Below are positions 26,490 through 41,353 of a stretch of 64,000 nucleotides of DNA, in pieces. The stretch lies in NCBI RefSeq assembly GCF_009914755.1, contig NC_060931.1; one strand, given 5' to 3'. The notes under the pieces are model-generated. The model searched no databases and was not told the DNA's origin. It saw only the letters and a list, made by a program, of their open reading frames with translations. The DNA comes from the human T2T-CHM13v2.0 reference genome, Homo sapiens. The translations under genes were made by a program, and so were the position numbers. Position 1 is the first letter of the stretch. Each line of letters opens with the position of its first letter.

Positions 26490-27117
26490 AGTTTTCTCAG
26501 ACTTTAAACTCTGCAGTGTTTCAGGTAGAAGCCTGGCAGTATGGCCTGGGAACTAGACCTGACTCTTGGCCCAGCTTGGCTGTTGGCTCTCTGTTGCTAC
26601 CTTGAATAAGTGCATTTTATTTCTTTATTCCTCATTTTCCTGGGGGGTAAATATCAAAAGTTTAATACCTACTTGACTTTTTTTCTAAGCCTCTGAGATT
26701 GAATTGGAGCAGCAGAGGGCTAGTGAGGGGAGGACACATCCCAAATTGGATGATTTTCAACATTCTGAGCCACATTAGTCTTATCTGAAAAAGTGCATCA
26801 AATGGGCTAAATGTCTTTCAGTGTCTGATTAAATCTGCCAATCAATGAATCTGTATTCAAAGTGATATGAAAGAAACAAATGTCCCATGCTAATAACACT
26901 AAGAGGTTCCTATTCCATCTAGTGGGTTTCATTGGGGCTTTGAAATAAATAATTGAAAATTGATATAATTTTATTTTTGCCTATTCGTTGGCTGAAATTA
27001 CGACCATCCACAAATACCTTCTTATGTGTTCTCCTTCTTGTCCCTTTTCTTACTCTGTTTATTGATTTGTGGGACACATAAAACCCACTTTAAATTGTCT
27101 ACTTCCAGTTTCCTCAT

Positions 27118-27531
27118 TGATTGAGTTTAGATGTTTGTTCTTGCCAAATCTCATGTTGAAATGTGATTCCCAGTGTTGGAGGTGGGGCCTGTTGGGAGGT
27201 GTTTGGGTCGTGGGGGCGGATCCCTCATGAATGGCTTGGTGCTCTTACGGGGCAGTGAGTTCACTTCACATCTGGTTGTTTAAAAAGGAGCCTGATACCT
27301 CCCCAAATCCTCTTGCTTCCCGAGCCCTTGCTTCCTCTCTCATCATGTGATATGCTGCTCGCTCTTCACCTCCTGCCATGACAGAAATCTTCCTGAGGCC
27401 TCACAAGAAGCCGAGCAGATGTGAGTGCCATGCTTATATAGCCTGTAGAATTGTGAACCACATAAACCTCTTTTCTTTTGAATTACCCAGCCTCAGTATT
27501 TCTTTATAGCAACACAAAATGGACTAATACA
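27118..27531 (+). mobile_element. MSTB-like MaLR solo LTR
   Basis: tgattgagtttagatgtttg...ccaaatctcatgttgaaatgtg...aaatggactaataca; TSD ctcat/cttat. Confidence 0.88.
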
Positions 27532-27605
27532 CTTATAATTGTTACTTTATCTTATCTTGGACAAAGTGGTGTTAGGTTTTTACACATGACATTCAAACAT
27601 TAATT

Positions 27606-27900
27606 TAGGGACCACAAACTTAGAGGTCCAGCAATAATAGGGTATAAGAGCTCTGCGCTCTTGGGGATTGGAGAGGGTGGGGAGCCATAGCAGTGATGCT
27701 TGTTGAAGGGGCCAGTTGTGTAGCTCCAGCCACATAACTTTTACCACATCGTGAAGCACAGGATGGCAGAGGTTCTGATTTTTATAGAAAAGCCAGAGTG
27801 TTTATTTATGTGAAAATTTCTGATCTTTAAATACCTGACAAAGATTAAAAAATACTGCACAGGGTACTTAAACCAAGTCTGCGGGTTGGATCTGGTTCTA
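27606..27900. mobile_element. MER102-like hAT-Charlie element
   Basis: ttctgatttttatagaaaagccagag...tatgtgaaaatttctgatctttaaat...gtctgcgggttggatctgg. Confidence 0.55.
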
Positions 27901-28394
27901 CTGTAAATCCATGTATGGTTAGAACATCGTCTTCCTTTTCTTATTGATACTGTCTTATTGTTAACAAACTTATCTCATGCTGAATAAAATGTTGGGATAC
28001 AATTTCAGTTTCCGACATGTGCTTTTAGAAATAAATGATACTTTCAAAGCAAAGCTTTTACCATCTTTCCATAATCTGAAATGTGTGTGGAAATAAAATA
28101 ATGCCTTTTTAGTTATAGCATTAATATATAACATTTCACCCACTTATGAAAGGAAAACTCCTAATGACATCCTATAGGATATTTCTTTGCTTCTTTTTAA
28201 AATTCTGTGACATCTATAATCTCCCTTTGTTTGTCAGTTAATAAGAAAATGAGAATGGATTTATTTTTTATCAATGTATTCAGGGTGAACTGAATGCATT
28301 GTAGTGAGATAACCAATCTACAGCAGAGTGCAATGCTAGATACTGTGCTCCTTGCAGTGATTTATGGAGGATCCTGTAATGATTTTATTTTTCT

Positions 28395-28940
28395 TGTTCA
28401 TGCATGCGTTATTCAATCAGCACTTAATAGGCATTTTCTCTAAACTCAGCACTGAATTGAGTGCTATGGGCACAGCAGGAGTAAGTGTAAATAATGAGTG
28501 AGTGGGGGATATAGACAGGTGGGAATAGGTCATCAGGTTATTATAATACTGTGACAGGACAACACTGCTGAGAGAAGGTTAGAAAAGGCACCTCACTTAA
28601 CCTTGGGGGTCAGGGAACACTTCCAAAGAAAATGATAACTAAGTTAAGATCTGAAGAGATGGTGGGAATTGGTGAGGCCCAGAAGCTGTGGAAGAGGGAA
28701 CAGAAAGGACAATGTCTCCTAATTTTGAAAGACCATGGGGGATTGAAGATCTGAGAAAAGCACCATATGGCTGGAGTTCCAAGTGTGATAGGGAGTCGGG
28801 AGCTGCATGGAGACCTCTCCATCAGGAGCCTGTTGTGCGGGCTCTTCTAAGTCCTGTTAAGCAGCTGTTGAGAGGTTTTAAGAAGAGAAGTGACTAGATC
28901 AGATAAAGGCATTTTTCAAAAGCTGATTTGAGCAGCAGTT
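28395..28940 (-). mobile_element. L2 fragment
   Basis: ttattcaatcagcacttaataggc...gaggttttaagaagagaagtgactagatcaga. Confidence 0.65.
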
Positions 28941-29904
28941 TCCTCTTTAGCTCCCCCTTTACTTATTACTGTCTTCTTAAACCTCTTTAGTCCAGGTGGT
29001 GATGCTGCAAGTGAACAGTTTTCACAACAATCAGGATATATCTGATGTCCTTTTAGTCTTCTTAGCTTCAGGTTTTTCTGCCTTCCAACACCTGGAAGGA
29101 TATGAAGATAAAGGGAAACCATGACCACAGCAAAAAAACTAGGAATGGATGCAAGAAAACTAAGACAAAAGGAAAAGCAGAAAATATTTATTTTATTATG
29201 AAAATGGAATTGTACTGTGTCAGGAATCAGGAGGCCAGAATTTGAGACCTATGACCAAATTCTTTTATATTTTATTGTCCTCAATGGTCAAATAAAGGGT
29301 TGGATTGGTGTGTTTGAAGGTGACCCTGAGTTTTACAATTCTGTGAGGGTTATTTCAGTTGTGCATGGTGAATCAATCACCCTGTGTATCAGTCAAATTA
29401 CAAATATATTCAGTGCACTAAGATTTTATATATATGTGTGTGTATGAATGTGTGTGTGGGTAATGTACATGAAACAAGATGAAAACTTATTAGAAAGGGA
29501 AGCATGGGTCAGTAGAAGGTTGAGTGCATTTGAGAAGATGATGGTAATGCTAATAATGGGTGGATGTTTGCCATAGCTCTCAGGAGCTGCCTGTCTCTTA
29601 TGGAAAGGCAGGTTGTATGAGCAGGAGCTATTGTCAATACCAGTCACAAGTGTACATTGCAGAGACTGTCCCCTCAACTGTTTGTAACCCAAACTGTCCA
29701 GGAGTCAGATAGTTTCTTACCTAGAGGAATGTATGATAAGGTTACCTCTTTCTCCAATTCCTCTGTTTGACAGTGCGTACAGAGATGCAAGATTTCTGGA
29801 GAATTTAAGGCCATAATAGAGAAACCTGTTTTTCTTCCCCTTTGTCATTTTCTTGAATACCTGTTTTTTTTTTTAATTATTATGACAATTTGAAGTTACC
29901 TTGC

Positions 29905-30286
<382 letters not shown>

Positions 30287-31674
30287 AATCTTTTAATGTT
30301 ATTATTTTTTGTATTGAAGTAGTTTCCCTAGTATCAAGGAGATTTAGGATGTCTTTATTTTCAGAAAAAGTTGGAAGGAGAATAATCTCAAGCTTATTAA
30401 ATAACATTTTGCTATATGTAACTTTGCATAAACCATTTTATTATCACAGACTTCTAAATGCTGAACACTTGCGGTAAGTCACTCTACCCTTTATAGGTAT
30501 GTATTCCTGTCTTGCTTTTATGTATTTCCAGATGTAGAATAGCCTCTTTCAATGCTGCATTAGCTGGAATAATGTGAAGCAGAAAAGTTAAACAGTTAAA
30601 ATGAAAGAAATGAGCCCACTCAGAGGCTGGGACTCCCCAGTCTTTGCCACCATATGGTTGGAAGGCCTTAGTGCCTTTTCTTAGATTAAATATCTCATAA
30701 ACACCCCGAACATTTGAGTGATGCTAGCATTGGCCAAGCACGGTTATTAGCAGCCGAGCATTACTGGATACTGACAAGGAGGACAGGTACAAGTGATAGA
30801 GAAGCAAATTGGGACTCAGTGTATTAGTGACATTCATGTAAGTGGCAGAGCTCACTCAGGGCTGAGGTGAACTTAGGTGCTCACAAGGCCACTGCTGAGT
30901 AGAGTCAGCCTGAGGGATTTTAAGGCTTGTCCAGGCCTAGGAGGATGACTGCCTGAAGGTGAACTGACACTTTGGGTAACACAGGCTCTGGGACTGTGGG
31001 CCTTCCAATGAACTGTGCTGTACTTTGTAGTTTTTTCAGCTTTGACTTTGTTTCAGTCAAATGAAGTAGTGGTATGTTTGAAATTTTAATTCAGCTCCAA
31101 CCAAAATCTGTATTCATTTTTTATGGTCTTTTCTTTCTCTTCCTTCTGTGCTCATAATCTGTTTTCATTATGATCAGATCTGCTGATTGTATATGTTTAT
31201 CAAAGCACTGGTTCTAAGGTAATTTACAGCAAATCTTACTCTTTCACAGATTTTAGAATTGTAGTGGGATTGGAAAGGCCATATAATTACGACCTTATCA
31301 ACAGTTCATTAATAATGAAAAACTTTGTTGGCTGACATTTTTTGGGCTTTTCAACTGAACGGGAAAAAACTGCACACATCAAAATACCATCAAATTTTCA
31401 GAATGAAGAATTTCCTTTGCCTTCTAGCTCAAGACTATCACTTTCAGTAGAATCTACCTCAGTAGCTTTGTGTGTGAGAGAGGGGAAACCCAAGGAAGAA
31501 AAGACAAAGACAGACACTAGATACATGAACTGAGGGACTGACTTAGCTGTTTCTGTTGATATGCTTGTAGAGCAGCAAGTAGGTTGAAGTGTAACTAAAT
31601 ACGTAAACACACACACACACACACTCACACACACCATAAACATGCTACCCCTCTCCCTCTGTGAGAGCCATAGC

Positions 31675-31976
31675 ACAGTGATTTTTAAACTTTAGGATGT
31701 GTAAATGTTAAATGGACAGTTTGGTTGAAATATGGAATATAAGCTTCATGAGAACAAGAGTTTTTTGTCTGTGTTACCTCTGTTTTATCTCCAGTGCCTT
31801 GTGGTTGGCATGTAGTAGATGTTAAATAAATATGTATTGGGTGATTCGTGGGTTCCATCCTTATAAACTTATATTTGGTAGCTTTGGGATAGGACTCCAT
31901 GAATCTGCATTGGTATCAGGCACACCAGTTGACTTTGATGTAGTTGGTTGGAGGGCCATACTTTGAGAAGCACTGC
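31675..31976. mobile_element. MER5-like ends flanking an L2-like 3' fragment
   Basis: cagtgatttttaaacttt... and gaatctgcattgg...ccatactttgagaagcactg; L2-like end at about 31740-31840. Confidence 0.5.
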
Positions 31977-32316
31977 ATGATGAGCCTGGAGCTGCGGCTG
32001 TTGCGAATGGTGAATGGTCTGTTTGTCCATAAAGGGAGGTGGGTTCTAATTTGCTTAAGAATATGCTGCAGAACTACCTTGTTTTGTGGAGGAGTCTGAC
32101 AGTGCTTTACCTCTTGACCACAGTCTTACAAAGTTGAGTATCTTATGTGCCTTTGGGTGCTGGGACTTGTAGCCATGGCAAAGGAGATGTTTTCTGACTT
32201 TAAACTTATCTGTAGAAGATACAGATGTGTAAATCTTATGTGTAAAAGCATACAACAATAGCTATTCACATACATTCATTTAAAGAGAGGTTGATTTAAA
32301 TCTATTCAGACAGCAA

Positions 32317-32632
32317 GGTCAGGCACAGTGTATCATGCCTGTAATCCCAGCACTTTGGGAGGCCAAGGTGGAAGAATCACTTGAGTGCGGGAATTCGAGA
32401 CCAGCCTGAACAACATAGCAAAACCTCATCTCTACAAATAACTAGAAACAAACAAACAACAACAACAACAACAAAACATTAGCCAGGGGTGGCGGCAGGT
32501 GCCTGTGGTCCCAGCTGCTCAGGAGGATCACTTGAGCCTGGGAGGTTGAGGCTGCAATGAGCTGTGATTACACCTTGCACTCCAGCCTGGGCAATAGAGC
32601 AAGACCCTGCCTCTAAATAAATACATAAATAA
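32317..32632 (+). mobile_element. AluJ with (AAC)n middle linker and (TAAA)n tail
   Basis: ggtcaggcacagtg...ggaggatcacttgagcctgggaggttgaggctgca (J-type motif). Confidence 0.93.
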
Positions 32633-33785
32633 AATATACGTGAATACAAATCTAGTCAAATAGTAATAGCTAATGTGATATGAATGGTTATTCTTCTTAA
32701 CCAGAAAACATAAGGGGCTTGGTGCGAAACCACTCATCTTTTTTTTTTTTTCAATCACATACTTTGTAGTGCTCTTGTTAACTGTACATGTAACCCATGT
32801 GTAATAAAGTATAAAATAGTTAAAATGAAGCAAACTGCCTAACGGCTTTTAAACCTAGTTTTTATGGCCAGACCAAGATTAAAAAATAAAAAACCTGTTA
32901 TCAGGTCTTGCAGAAACCCTCAGTCCCTAAATTGTCTCTTTTCCTCCTGAAGACAGTACCTGGATTATAATCAACACCATTCCCATCCTTGTTGCTAAGT
33001 ACATTTCCTTTCCCCAGAAGTTACTAGCAAGATGTTTGCATTTAAGAAGAGCCACATGTCTAGCATTTATGTAGTACCTGCATTTGTTTGGATCTTTCCC
33101 ATCACAAATAGGACCAAGATTAACTAGAGCATGGAACAGCAGAAGAGGGTCATTTACAGGTTGAACTAGCAGTGAATGGAGACAGCAAGATTGAAAATGT
33201 TTTGCACTGAGTAAATTTTAATGCAGGAAAGTAACTATTTAGAAAAGAAACAGATTTAACATGTTAGATTAATATGTGATATGAGAGCAAATTACAGGCT
33301 GATACAGGGTCTACAGTGTACCAGGATAGAAAAAGAGATCCTTAATAGACATATTTCCACCAGTATCCAAGTGAGGAGGGATTAGAAGTGAAGAATATTA
33401 CTGCAGTTATAATGATTCATTATTGTATTATAGTTCCATATTGTATAAACACCTGTATGCTTTTTATTTAATAGTGTTGTTTCAGTTCTTTAGCAAATTC
33501 ACTTGCAATAAAAACTTTTCCAGATATCTCCTTTTTAGTATAAAAGCAATATATCTTTATCATAAACAATTCAAATGATGCAGAAAGATATATGTAGGAT
33601 ATTAAATTATTTCTATATCTCTTCTCAGCTATAACTATAATTTGATGAATAGATTATTCCTTTTTAAAAATGCAGTCAATTGGTGGTGATTTGGTAGCAG
33701 ATTAACTGGTTTGAATATTAATGTTGGTAAAAATAACAATACATTTGTGAAAAAATTTAAATGCTTTGAACCAGGTAAATTCTAC

Positions 33786-33863
33786 TAGGTTGAACCACGT
33801 ACAATTGCTGTGTTAGTAGGTAAAAAATGTCAAATATTGGCAGTTTCATGTGGTCAAGCTGTA
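33786..33863. mobile_element. MADE2 mariner-derived MITE
   Basis: ~80 bp with imperfect TIRs: taggttgaaccacgtacaattgc ... gcagtttcatgtggtcaagctg. Confidence 0.75.
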
Positions 33864-36800
33864 GTATTAGAGGAGTGTGTTCTTTACAGTGATTTAGTAA
33901 CCAGTTGATGTGGGCATGTGAGTCCACAATGTGGAAGTAGCCTGTATCTCACCGCTCTTTGCCAGTAGTCAGGTGACAGATAAATAGGTATCGATGCTAA
34001 GGAAGGGGGAAATGGTTTAGGCTGTAATTTCCAATATCACATTTCAGTTCTATGATGTTAGGGAAATTAGAGAGAAGCAGAGCAAGAGAAGTGTGTAGTG
34101 GGATTGAATTTTTGCCCATCTCCAAACTGAAAAACTCTTAAGAAGCAAGTGAAAACAGTACACCTTTTCGTAGATATAAAACAACTTACATGATATTTTA
34201 AAAGTATTCCTAACCTGTTGTATTACCTTTCCAATTTTGGATGACATCTGGTGAACAAAAAACATCTCTAAATCCTGAATGTGATTTTAGCTAAATTAAG
34301 GATTACATGACACCACATTTATTTTAACCTTACGTTTAGAGTTGGCTATGACCTCTTTCCTCCATAACCCACAGTTGACTCTTTGTACATATGTGTGTAT
34401 AAAGAATAAAAAGCAAATATGGGGTCCAACATTTAATTCTATTTTTTAGCCCTATTCCTCTATTTTTTCATTCATTAGTTTATGGTTCTGTGTGTGGAGT
34501 GTTTATTGTATTAGATATCACTAAGGAGAAGGTCCAGATTGATCACAGTCACAGTGTTTATCATTGCTCTTCCAGTGTTTAGGCCAAGCAGGCAGCATGC
34601 ATTATAGAACCATGAATGCACTAACCCGGAGCTGCGTATCAGTGCTCAGCGTACGCACATGTTCTTTCTCTGCTAGACTGTCTCCTCATTACAGACAGTT
34701 AAACAAGCAATCCTGTCTCTTTTGTGCATGCAATTTTTAAGTCCCCTCTTTATATTTCCCCTCAGAATATTTTAGCTATGAAAATATTCAGACTCCACTG
34801 GCAAGTAAGGGAGATGGAACTTAGTAGTTAAAAGTAGTTTTACTATTTGTAGTAAAAGTAAATTTCAACAGCCTTAAAGCTGTCAAGCTGTGGGCTTGAA
34901 AAAAAAGTTGATGTTTGTTGTGGTTGTAGCTTGAGATATAGTTGGGTCCTTAGGTTTCATGAGTAGTCATTCTGGGAAAGTCAGGCAGCAATCCCTCTAC
35001 TCCACTCTGCTGAGAAAGAACACATAAGATGAAAGGAGCCTGTGAATGTCTTTTTTCTCCCAGAGACTAAAGGCGAAGTGATGGCGGATGGGCTGTGTGT
35101 CTTTGTAATCTCTTTTTTCCTAGTAGGACATCAAATAATGATCTAGAAAATTATCTCAAATATTAAAGGTTTTTTTCCCCTTTATTAACAATGGTTTTGG
35201 AAAAAAAAAACACACCACTACAGTGGGTATCTGATAAAATGAACTTACTCTGATTTTCTGTATTATCTCAAAATTTATTTTAATCATGATGGGACTAGAG
35301 TTTGGATGAAATTCATTTCTTCCAAGTTGGAGTGAAAAATTAAGTTGTTTATTCTCAAAGTGGGATGCCAAGGTTTGAGTATGGCTGCGAATATGAATCT
35401 GAATCCTTCTGCCAACCTAAGGGAAGGCTCCTTGCATCCCTCTATCCTACTGGGACTTTGTCAGAGCACAGCTACCTCTATGAGCAAATGTTTTTCTGTT
35501 TTTGTATAGTTTTGACACCACAGCCCCTAAACTATTGTTATAATTTTCACCCTTAATTCTAATTACAAGTCTTTTGCATCATGTGCAATTTTACCTTTTC
35601 AAATCTCACTGGTGAAATAAATTTAAAACATTGCCATATGTTTACCTAAAATTTATGATGAAACCAAGGATGCTTGAATTACTAATGCTAATGTTACAGG
35701 ATTTTTGTAGATAAACAATGACAGAATAACATGTCTTGTGTTTATGATATTATTAGGATTACATGGAGTATGATTTTGACAGTGCTTGTCTTGATGAGGG
35801 AGACACACTGGCTCTAGAACTTGTAGGTGTTAATCTCTGGACTGACTTGGCAGCTAGGAGACTCCCTTGCCTTGCTAACAGCAGGAACTGTAGTATCTGG
35901 CACCTCACTGGGACCAGTGGCTGCTGCCTTTGGCAGCCTCAAAGTTAGTCATGTCTGTCACCTACCGTGATGTTGGTACATATCGTAGGCTGTTTTCTGT
36001 CCATTAATGCCATTTTTCTGCCATCAGCTTTGAAATTAGTGGCTCTGTGCTTTTCCAAGTATGAATTCATTATGTTAATCTTAAAAGCAAGAGGGCTTGT
36101 TTCAAATTCAGATGTTGGTATTTATTTAACTGACAGTGTGTTTCAAAAGTTTATATAAATATGTTTTGAAATCTAAAATCTGTCATAATTATTGAGATTT
36201 ATTAGGATGTAATGTGGAGGCTTTGAGGTTTCATCTAAGTGGTCAAAAATATAATATGAAAAATGACTTGATGCTTTTCTATAATATTAGTCACTTTCAA
36301 GAAAAAACATTTTCTTCTTAAGATGAATGTTGGCAGGAATTTGATTTTACTGAAATTGTGGGACAAACACAGTAGGAAATGATGGGTGTGAAGATATTAC
36401 TTTGAGAAGTGAGAAACAATTTAGGTGTAAGTGGTAAGAGAAGAAAGGCAGTAATTGGGGGAAAACGGTTAAAGAAAATCCTGTGTCAAAGCGTCCTCTG
36501 GGTATGAGATTCTCACTGAAGTGGAAGCTTTAATACCTTTATGGAGTTGTTGCCAATAAGGATGGATCATCTCTGAATTTGACAACCTGAGGTATTAACT
36601 TGAAAAATGGAATTTGACAAGATTGCAAATAATGTTCAATAATATGTTTCCAAAACTTGCTTCACAAAGCCATGTGCCTTTCTTACAACATGATATTCAG
36701 GGGCCCTTAATTCATTTGATCTGAAAAGTTCCCGTGCAGGCTAGGTGTTATGTACCATACCTTGCCATCATTTAAAAATACCCTGCTGTGGTTTGAAATA

Positions 36801-37639
36801 ATGATCTCTGAGGATGTGTGCACCTCAGAAGACTGGTGCAGAAGCAAGTATCACTTTTAAAATGAGCCTATGCGATCCCCAGATTAATATCTGAAAGCTA
36901 GCTACCTAATAAAGTTTTAATTGCTTAAGGCTACTGGGCTAGTTGAATAATTGAAAGAAAGAAGATTGTAAATTATTAGAATTAACAATACTAAACTCTG
37001 TGGTAAATGTATAGTGATTGTTTCTTCAAAGTTAATGTGCTGTGATTTTACTGTTATTGTAATTACTTTCTCACTTGAGTGCTGGTTTATAAAGCTCAGA
37101 TAAAATAAGCCTGTAGATATTTTTACAATAAGGTTTTTAGTGTGCAAAACTAAGTTTCTCCTGGCAGATATGTGTAGGGCAGAAGAGAAGTCCTCTCTAC
37201 CATAGTTAGTGTCTACTTTTCTTGCCTGGGAATATACATTGTTGCTCCAGATTCAGTTCCGGAGGGAACACCCTTCTTATTGCCTTCCCCACCGATCAGT
37301 TATCAGACTGCCTTCTTTTGACCAATATATGTTTATAAAAGTTTATATTTGGATTAAGGATTTAATATATTGTTATGAAACAGGTTTGCTTGGGGAAGAC
37401 AATGGAAATTCATAGCAGTAACAATAGTTCTGATAACACGAGTTCACCTTCGTGGAGGTAATACTGACAGTTAGTGTACTACTAAGTCCTAAGTACTTTA
37501 TTTTTGCCTTCTCTGATGACTGTCCAGTGCAGACTCATTTGCATGGTAATTGTGTATCTAAAATATTATTTTATTTTAGTGAAATATTAAATAATTGAAA
37601 TTTATTTTAATATGTTAAAACATGGGTAAATCTCTTTTA

Positions 37640-37865
37640 TTTTTTAAAAGACTTTACATTTTAGAGCAGGTTTAGGTTCATAGCAAAGTTCATTGGAAAG
37701 TACAGAGAGTTTCCACATATTTTCCATCCTTCACATATGCATAGCCTCCCCAGCTATCAGAATCCCCAACCAGTGTGATACATTTGTTGCAGTTAATGAA
37801 CTTGGAATAACACATCATTACCCAAATTTCATCATTTACATGAAAGTTCACTCTTGGTGTTGTAA
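37640..37865 (-). mobile_element. L1MC/L1MD 3' end
   Basis: agactttacattttagagcaggtttaggttcatagcaaa...catttgttgcagttaatgaac. Confidence 0.78.
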
Positions 37866-38556
37866 ATCTCTCTTTAAAGATATGACCTTGCTGTATTATT
37901 ATTTGCCAAGGGATCAAGGACCTGCTCAGGGCCACCAGTGTCAGCAACTAGATTCTGAATAAATATTTGATTAATAAATGAATTACTACAAGTTATTGAT
38001 AGAATATAGGCAGAATGTTTTTTTGTTTTTTTTCTCTTCAGATTTTATAGGTTCTTAACAAAAAACCAAAATGAAGACATAATGTTTTTAATGTAATGGT
38101 AAAGAGGAAACTTCTGTGTTTTGAATACTCTACTTGAATTGTCATTGCTGTAAAGAGAAATAATTTTGATTATTTTTGTTTTTACTCAGGTATGAAGAAT
38201 TTATTCTCAAATTAATACTCATGCTTATGAGTGTATAAATGCTCATATATTGATTTAATAAAGGTTTCTGTTACTTGATAGGATGGGCTACTTGCATTGT
38301 ACAATTTTTTTTAACATTTTCCCCTGTCTTTCACAGTTCTTTTATTCTTACACAGAGTTAGAAAGATGTAAGACTAAATTCACCACCTAAATTTAATAAA
38401 TAATATTTTGTAAATATATTTATATCATTTGACCCCATAATTCTATTTTTCACAATTATTATAAGGAGATAATCCAAAAGGCGGAAAACTAAGTGCCCAG
38501 TCACGTCTTTTGTGGTATTATTTATAAACATAAATCTTAATCTAAAATTTCTTTAA

Positions 38557-38906
<350 letters not shown>

Positions 38907-40249
38907 GCGTCTCATTCCTTTTTTCAATCAAAGGAAAGGAGGCTTGCATTGAGGAAGGAGTGCAGTTTAAGAGGTAAAGCCAGCTATTCCTTGTCAAGGT
39001 CTTGAAATTGCTAGCATTAGCAGCTGGTCCTCTCTGGGTTTTTAGAGGAGTAGATACCCAGAGGCCCTGTGTGGAAACTGAGTTTTATCAGCCAGAGGTT
39101 TGGGCGTAGTGCTAGTCTCAGAGTCAAAGGAAGATTGGTCAAACTTGAGGAAGAGCTACTAGGTGGCAGCAGGCTCTTCTTATTCAGAATAGCCACCCCA
39201 ACCCCTGAGGACCCCAGATGCATGACATTCAGTAAACTTGTTGAGTTCTTACTATGCTTTAGACCTTGATCCAGGAGCAAGATATATCAATGGGGGAAAA
39301 AAAAGATTACTGTTCCTATGGGAGAAGGGGTTTGGAGGACAATTAATGATGCCTTTCTGATCTTGAATCTTCCCACTCATACTCCTCCAAAAGTCATAAA
39401 TCCAACAAGGAGAACAAATAAAAACAGACAACTCATACCTTCAAGAGCATTAAGAGACAGCAACAAGCCTGTGATAGCAAAGAGTGACACAGGGGAAGCT
39501 GATAGAGGCTTAAGAAGCTGTGAAAAACAGTACAGGGGTGTGGAGGACTTAATCAAATCACAAGCAAAATTATTCCAGAAAGACAAAACTGGGATGCTGT
39601 GTAGTTCATTCACAGCACTGGATGCAATAAAGGAGGCTGAAAGTGACTGGAATTGGCAGCTGTTGGAAAGCATTGCCTCTAGGGGAGAGTCAAACGGTGG
39701 TACCTGTTAAGACAGGATAGTGAAAGTAAAGAAGGAAGGAAAAGGGAGAAATTAAGGATCCTGTGGAAATGAAAAAGAAACAAGACAACCCAAACCCTTC
39801 TTCTTTCGTCTCCCAGTGCCAGCTGTAAAAAGTACATAGAAGAGGGCAAAGGTGACAGAAAAAAAGACTCTCAGATTAGGAACCAGTTCGTTCATTAAAT
39901 AAATAGGAATAGAATAAAGTAGCCCACATCTACCCAAAACGACTCTCAAACATTGAAAATAGGGATTAGTGCATTTTGGTTGCAAAAACTCTTGCAATAA
40001 GTCAACTGTAAAATTAAAACTGTGCATAACACTGAAATATGAATTGAATATTTGAATTCATGCTTTTTGGTGTATGAAACAAACAAGCCTACCTTTAGTT
40101 AGAAGTACAAAAGCTAAGTAGAGAAATGGACAAAAAATAAAATGAAATAAAATTAGAGTTAATTGAACTTCTGGCAAGAATAGAAGAAAAGAAAAAATCA
40201 AATCAGAAGTGAAGACTAAATTGCAAGGTACCTAAAGGAAAATCAGATT

Positions 40250-40950
40250 AAAATGGCAGGTGGTAACCCAACATATTAATATTTACATTGAATGTAAATG
40301 GTCTAAACATCAAAATGAAAAGTCAGAGATTGGCAAAATGCATTAAAAATATGACCAAACCATATACTGTCTACAAGAAACTTCAACTGTGTGATATCAG
40401 TAGGACTGAAAAGAAAAGGATGGGTAAATGCTAATCAAGAGAATGGTGGATGCCTATACAAAGGGGACTTCAGAACAAAGAAATTTACTAGGAGTAAAGA
40501 GGACATTACTTATTGATAAAACGGTCAATTCTCAAAGAAGACATACCAATCCTAAACATGTATTCAGTAAACAACTTTTATAATACAAAAAGCAAAAACA
40601 AGCAGAACTCAAATGAGTAATTGACAGATCCACCATTACAGTTGAGGATGCCAATATGCCTCTCTCAGTAGTTCATAGAACCACTATTCAGAAAATTAGT
40701 AAGGATATATTAATAGAAGAACTCAATGATACTATTAAATAATAGGATCAAATTGACATTTATAGAACTCCCCACCCAACATCAGCAGAATTCAGGTTCC
40801 ATACCTATGGAATGTATACCAAGATAAACCATATTCTGGATAATAAACTATACAAATTTAAAGAATTGGAATCATACCAAGTATTTTCCCTGATCATAAT
40901 GAAACCTAACTAGAGATTAATAACAGATGACAGGTAAAATAACTGAAAGA
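40250..40950 (+). mobile_element. Old L1M ORF2 endonuclease-region fragment
   Basis: acattgaatgtaaatggtctaaac (TLNVNGLN) and tactgtctacaagaaa (CLQE); degenerate. Confidence 0.8.
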
Positions 40951-40981
40951 AGTTTTATCTGAATGAAAACCTTGTTTTTCT

Positions 40982-41101
40982 GGCCAGGCACTGTGTTATA
41001 CACCTGTAATCCCAGCTTGTCAGGAGGCTGAAGAACGAGGATCACTTGAACCCAGGAGTTTGAGACCAGCCTGGGCAGCATAGTGAGACCCCATCTCAAA
41101 A
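40982..41101 (+). mobile_element. FLAM / Alu left monomer
   Basis: ggccaggcactgtg...gagaccccatctcaaaa; TSD aaaaccttgtttttct / aaagtcttgtttttct; about 140-160 nt upstream of the exon. Confidence 0.9.
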
Positions 41102-41258
41102 AAAGTCTTGTTTTTCTACCCTTCATTTTGAATTGTTATTGACTTGGAACATGTGAAAATAGATATCTCTCATCTGACAGTGTGCCAAAATTATAATGGT
41201 ATATATTAGTTGATTGTTATCCACGATAAATTGTTTCTCTGTCCATTTTGTTTTACAG

Positions 41259-41353
41259 CTTCTCTTTTAAAAGGACTAAAACATGCTAACATAGTGCTAC
41301 TTCATGACATCATCCATACCAAGGAGACGCTGACACTTGTGTTTGAATATGTG
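41259..41353 (+). CDS. CDK14: CDK14 internal coding exon (kinase N-lobe, end of PFTAIRE alphaC helix to hinge), 95 nt, phase 1 to phase 0
   Basis: Polypyrimidine acceptor ttgtttctctgtccattttgttttacAG and donor GTG|GTAAGT. Translates as (A)[31 protein letters not shown]. The ending TLVFEYV matches CDK14; the paralog CDK15 reads TFVFEYM. Confidence 0.97.

Noticed and set aside
33786-33863. Hairpin that could be a miRNA precursor
   Set aside because: Explained by decayed MADE2 TIRs; the stem is too mismatched to claim a miRNA.
39318-39710. 130-aa ORF with an overlapping antisense 98-aa ORF
   Set aside because: No recognisable domain, no splice or poly(A) context; lies beside decayed L1M sequence; consistent with chance.
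41259-41353. CDK15, or a processed kinase pseudogene, as an alternative identity
   Set aside because: Residues TLVFEYV match CDK14, and canonical splice sites with an intact frame indicate a real exon.
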